Assembly: GCF_006345805.1 (NCBI RefSeq)
Contig: NC_043011.1
Location: 22,766,464-22,830,463 of the forward strand
Reading direction: 5' to 3'
Origin: Octopus sinensis
Lineage: Eukaryota
DNA length: 64,000 nucleotides
Part shown: positions 61,795 through 64,000 of the stretch, in pieces
Position numbering within the stretch: the stretch's first letter is position 1
Layout of the letters: each line of letters opens with the position of its first letter
Translations under genes and position numbers: made by a program
Notes under the pieces: model-generated
Database searches by the model: none
What the model was told of the DNA's origin: nothing
The model's input: only the letters and a program-made list of their open reading frames with translations

Positions 61795-62110
61795 TGATTA
61801 ACGTCCATTTTCCGTGCTAGTACGGGTTGGACGGTTCGACTGGGGTCTGGGAAGCCAGGAGGCTGCACCAGGCTCCAGTCTGATCTGGCAGTGTTTCTAC
61901 AGCTGGATGCCCTTCATAACGGCAACCACTCCGTGAGTGTAGTTGCTGCTTTTTATGTGCCACTGGCACAGGTGCCAGGGGAGTCTGGCAGTGGCCACGA
62001 TCGGTTGGTGCTTTTTACGTGCCACCGGCACGGAAGCCAGTCAAGGCGGCGCTGGCATCAGCCACGTTTGGATGGTGCTTTTTACGTGCCACCGGCACAG
62101 AGGCCAGTCT
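61795..62110 (-). mobile_element. SINE with Deu/Nin-domain-like segment
   Basis: Minus strand GGTTGCCGTTATGAAGGGCATCCAGCTGTAGAAA; three internal TTTTA(C/T)GTGCCAC(C/T)GGCAC repeats. Confidence 0.6.
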
Positions 62111-63240
62111 GGGCGGCGTATAAATATTTATATGTGTATGTATACATATATATGTGTGTGTTTCCCGCACCTCTACTTGACAACCAATGTTGATTTCTTT
62201 CCATCCGTGCAACATAGCAGTTTGACAAAAGAGATTGATAGAATAAGTACCAAGCATAAGATCTAAGTACTGGGGTAAATTTGTTTGGCTAAGCCATTCA
62301 AGGCGGTGCCCCAGCGTGGCTGCAATTCAGTAACTGAAAGATAGAAGATAAAAGATTTTGTATGTAAAGCTAATTTCCTCATTATATTATTCAATAATTT
62401 TCCTCTTTTTCATTCCAAGATAATTTTCATTTCTTTTTCTGTCTTTTCTATACTGTTTGTCAACACAAGAAAATCCTTATACGGTTGCTCTGCCAGCTGG
62501 AAATAGTGACTAAATTTCCCTTATATCAAATCTTATTGTGTGGAAAATTGAAAAAAAAATGCTCACTTCAGAAAATGTAGTCCAAGATACATTATGCCTG
62601 AAAGAAAAAATGATGGGGTGATTATAGACAGGATGTTCTCGATTAAGACTGACATGGGTTAAAACAGTAACAATTCATGTATATTGTTATTAAAAAACAA
62701 AACAAACAAAATCAAATCATTAAGTCAAACATCTTACTGAGCTGATAAGGTGATTGGCAACAAGCATACAGGAACAGAAGTGTCTCTAGTTACTGTACAA
62801 TGTATCCATGGCAAACACAGACACTTAATTCACAGTATCCCAGTCAACTTCGATATTAAATAAAATATAAATGTGTGTTGATTTTGTGCTGTGAGAGAAA
62901 GCAAGATCAATAAAATAAATACAGTTGAGAATCCTTTATTGAAAATGCTTGGGACCGGAAGTGTTCCAGACGTTTGAATGATTGTAAATTTACATCTGTA
63001 AAATGGAAATGCTTGGCAACAATCTGAACCCATTATCCAAGTTATATGTCAAAATACAGCATATACCAGATGTGTCAAACACAGAGGAAGTCATGGCTTG
63101 GATCTGGCCCAGCTCCTGATTCAATTTTATAAAAAATAATTTTTATTAGTATTTTTTTAATTTAAAATAATCTTCAATTCTCTATTTCTGAGATTAGAAA
63201 TTTGTATTATATACAATGTTTACATGAATCAGACTGGTAG

Positions 63241-63572
63241 CCTCATCTTGATTATTGCTTTCACTATGTTTCAGCTGGTGCCCAATCCAGCCTTTTTCAG
63301 GTGTCTTCTGATTCATTTACCTGGAATTGAACTCAGAACTTCTAGGAGACTGCCCTGCACTCACCAGTACCTTTATCTACTACACTATGCCTATTAGCGG
63401 TGACAGAGTGAATTTAGCATTGTGGATGATAAGGCATTGGTTAACGCAGTACAGTCACCTAGAGATCCTGAGCCCAATCCCAGGCAAGGCATTAAGGTGA
63501 GTCACAAGACACCTGAAGAAGGCTGGAGCGTTCAACAGCCGAAATGTAATGAAAGCAACAATCGAGATGAGG
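63241..63572. ncRNA. Two divergently oriented decayed hammerhead motifs (63241..63312 -, 63500..63572 +)
   Basis: + copy CAC-CTGAAGA-A-GGCTG..CAGCC-GAAAT-GTA-ATG; - copy CAC-CTGAAAA-A-GGCTGG..CCAGCT-GAAAC-ATA-GTG; shared downstream AAAGCAA(C/T)AATC(G/A)AGATGAGG. Confidence 0.65.
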
Positions 63573-64000
63573 GCACCAGTTTGACTAATGTAAACAGTGT
63601 ACTTAAAATATTTTGTAAAATATATGTCACAAGCATACATTCAGAGTCAAAACCAAATCAGTGCACCAGAGCGAGTCTGTTGTTATCTTGACCAAGTAAA
63701 AGGAAACTTGTGAATCCATAAATAAAAATTTGTTACCTATTTCTCCTTCACTTTGTTTACATAAGCTGAGTCATATGGAACGTTAGATGAGTTTTTTTTG
63801 TGTATTTTTTTCTTTCTTTCTTTTTTTGTTTTTTAAAATTATATGTACTTTTGTCTGAATGGATTCTAATGATATGAGCAATACTGAAAGGTTTTGTAAC
63901 TAAAACAGTGCAAGCTTTTTCTAACTGTATACATTCATTTGGTCAATTTGACCTCGTAGATGAAGTGACAAGGGATCGAGATATCTGGCAATATGAAGCT

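Overview
AT-rich, repeat-saturated animal genomic DNA, most likely an octopus or other cephalopod (inferred from the SINE families and microsatellite load; not verified by search). All motif, TSD and structure calls were read by eye; family and clade names are from memory. Only one intact host gene is visible: an intronless EF-hand/nicotinamidase ORF (56921..58015, -). There is also a decayed, intronless MYPT1/PPP1R12-like retrocopy (about 12.15-13.75 kb, -). The dominant structure is a young ~7.7 kb Penelope-like retroelement (39793..47506). It has an 827-codon RT + C-terminal GIY-YIG ORF flanked by ~2.64 kb near-perfect inverted repeats. Each arm carries a type I hammerhead ribozyme (HHR) motif with an unusually long stem II. 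At least seven further loci carry hammerhead or hammerhead-like motifs in small, non-coding, often fold-back elements next to simple repeats, suggesting non-autonomous ribozyme-bearing PLE derivatives. A second theme is a retroposon group sharing one 3' tail: a Tx1/L1-type ORF2 fragment, an ORF1-only element nested in a mariner, and about 20 SINE copies including head-less tandem multimers. The rest is tRNA-derived SINEs, RTE/CR1/R4-like/CRE-like LINE relics, mariner/hAT/MULE-type MITEs, a Helitron-like element and microsatellites.
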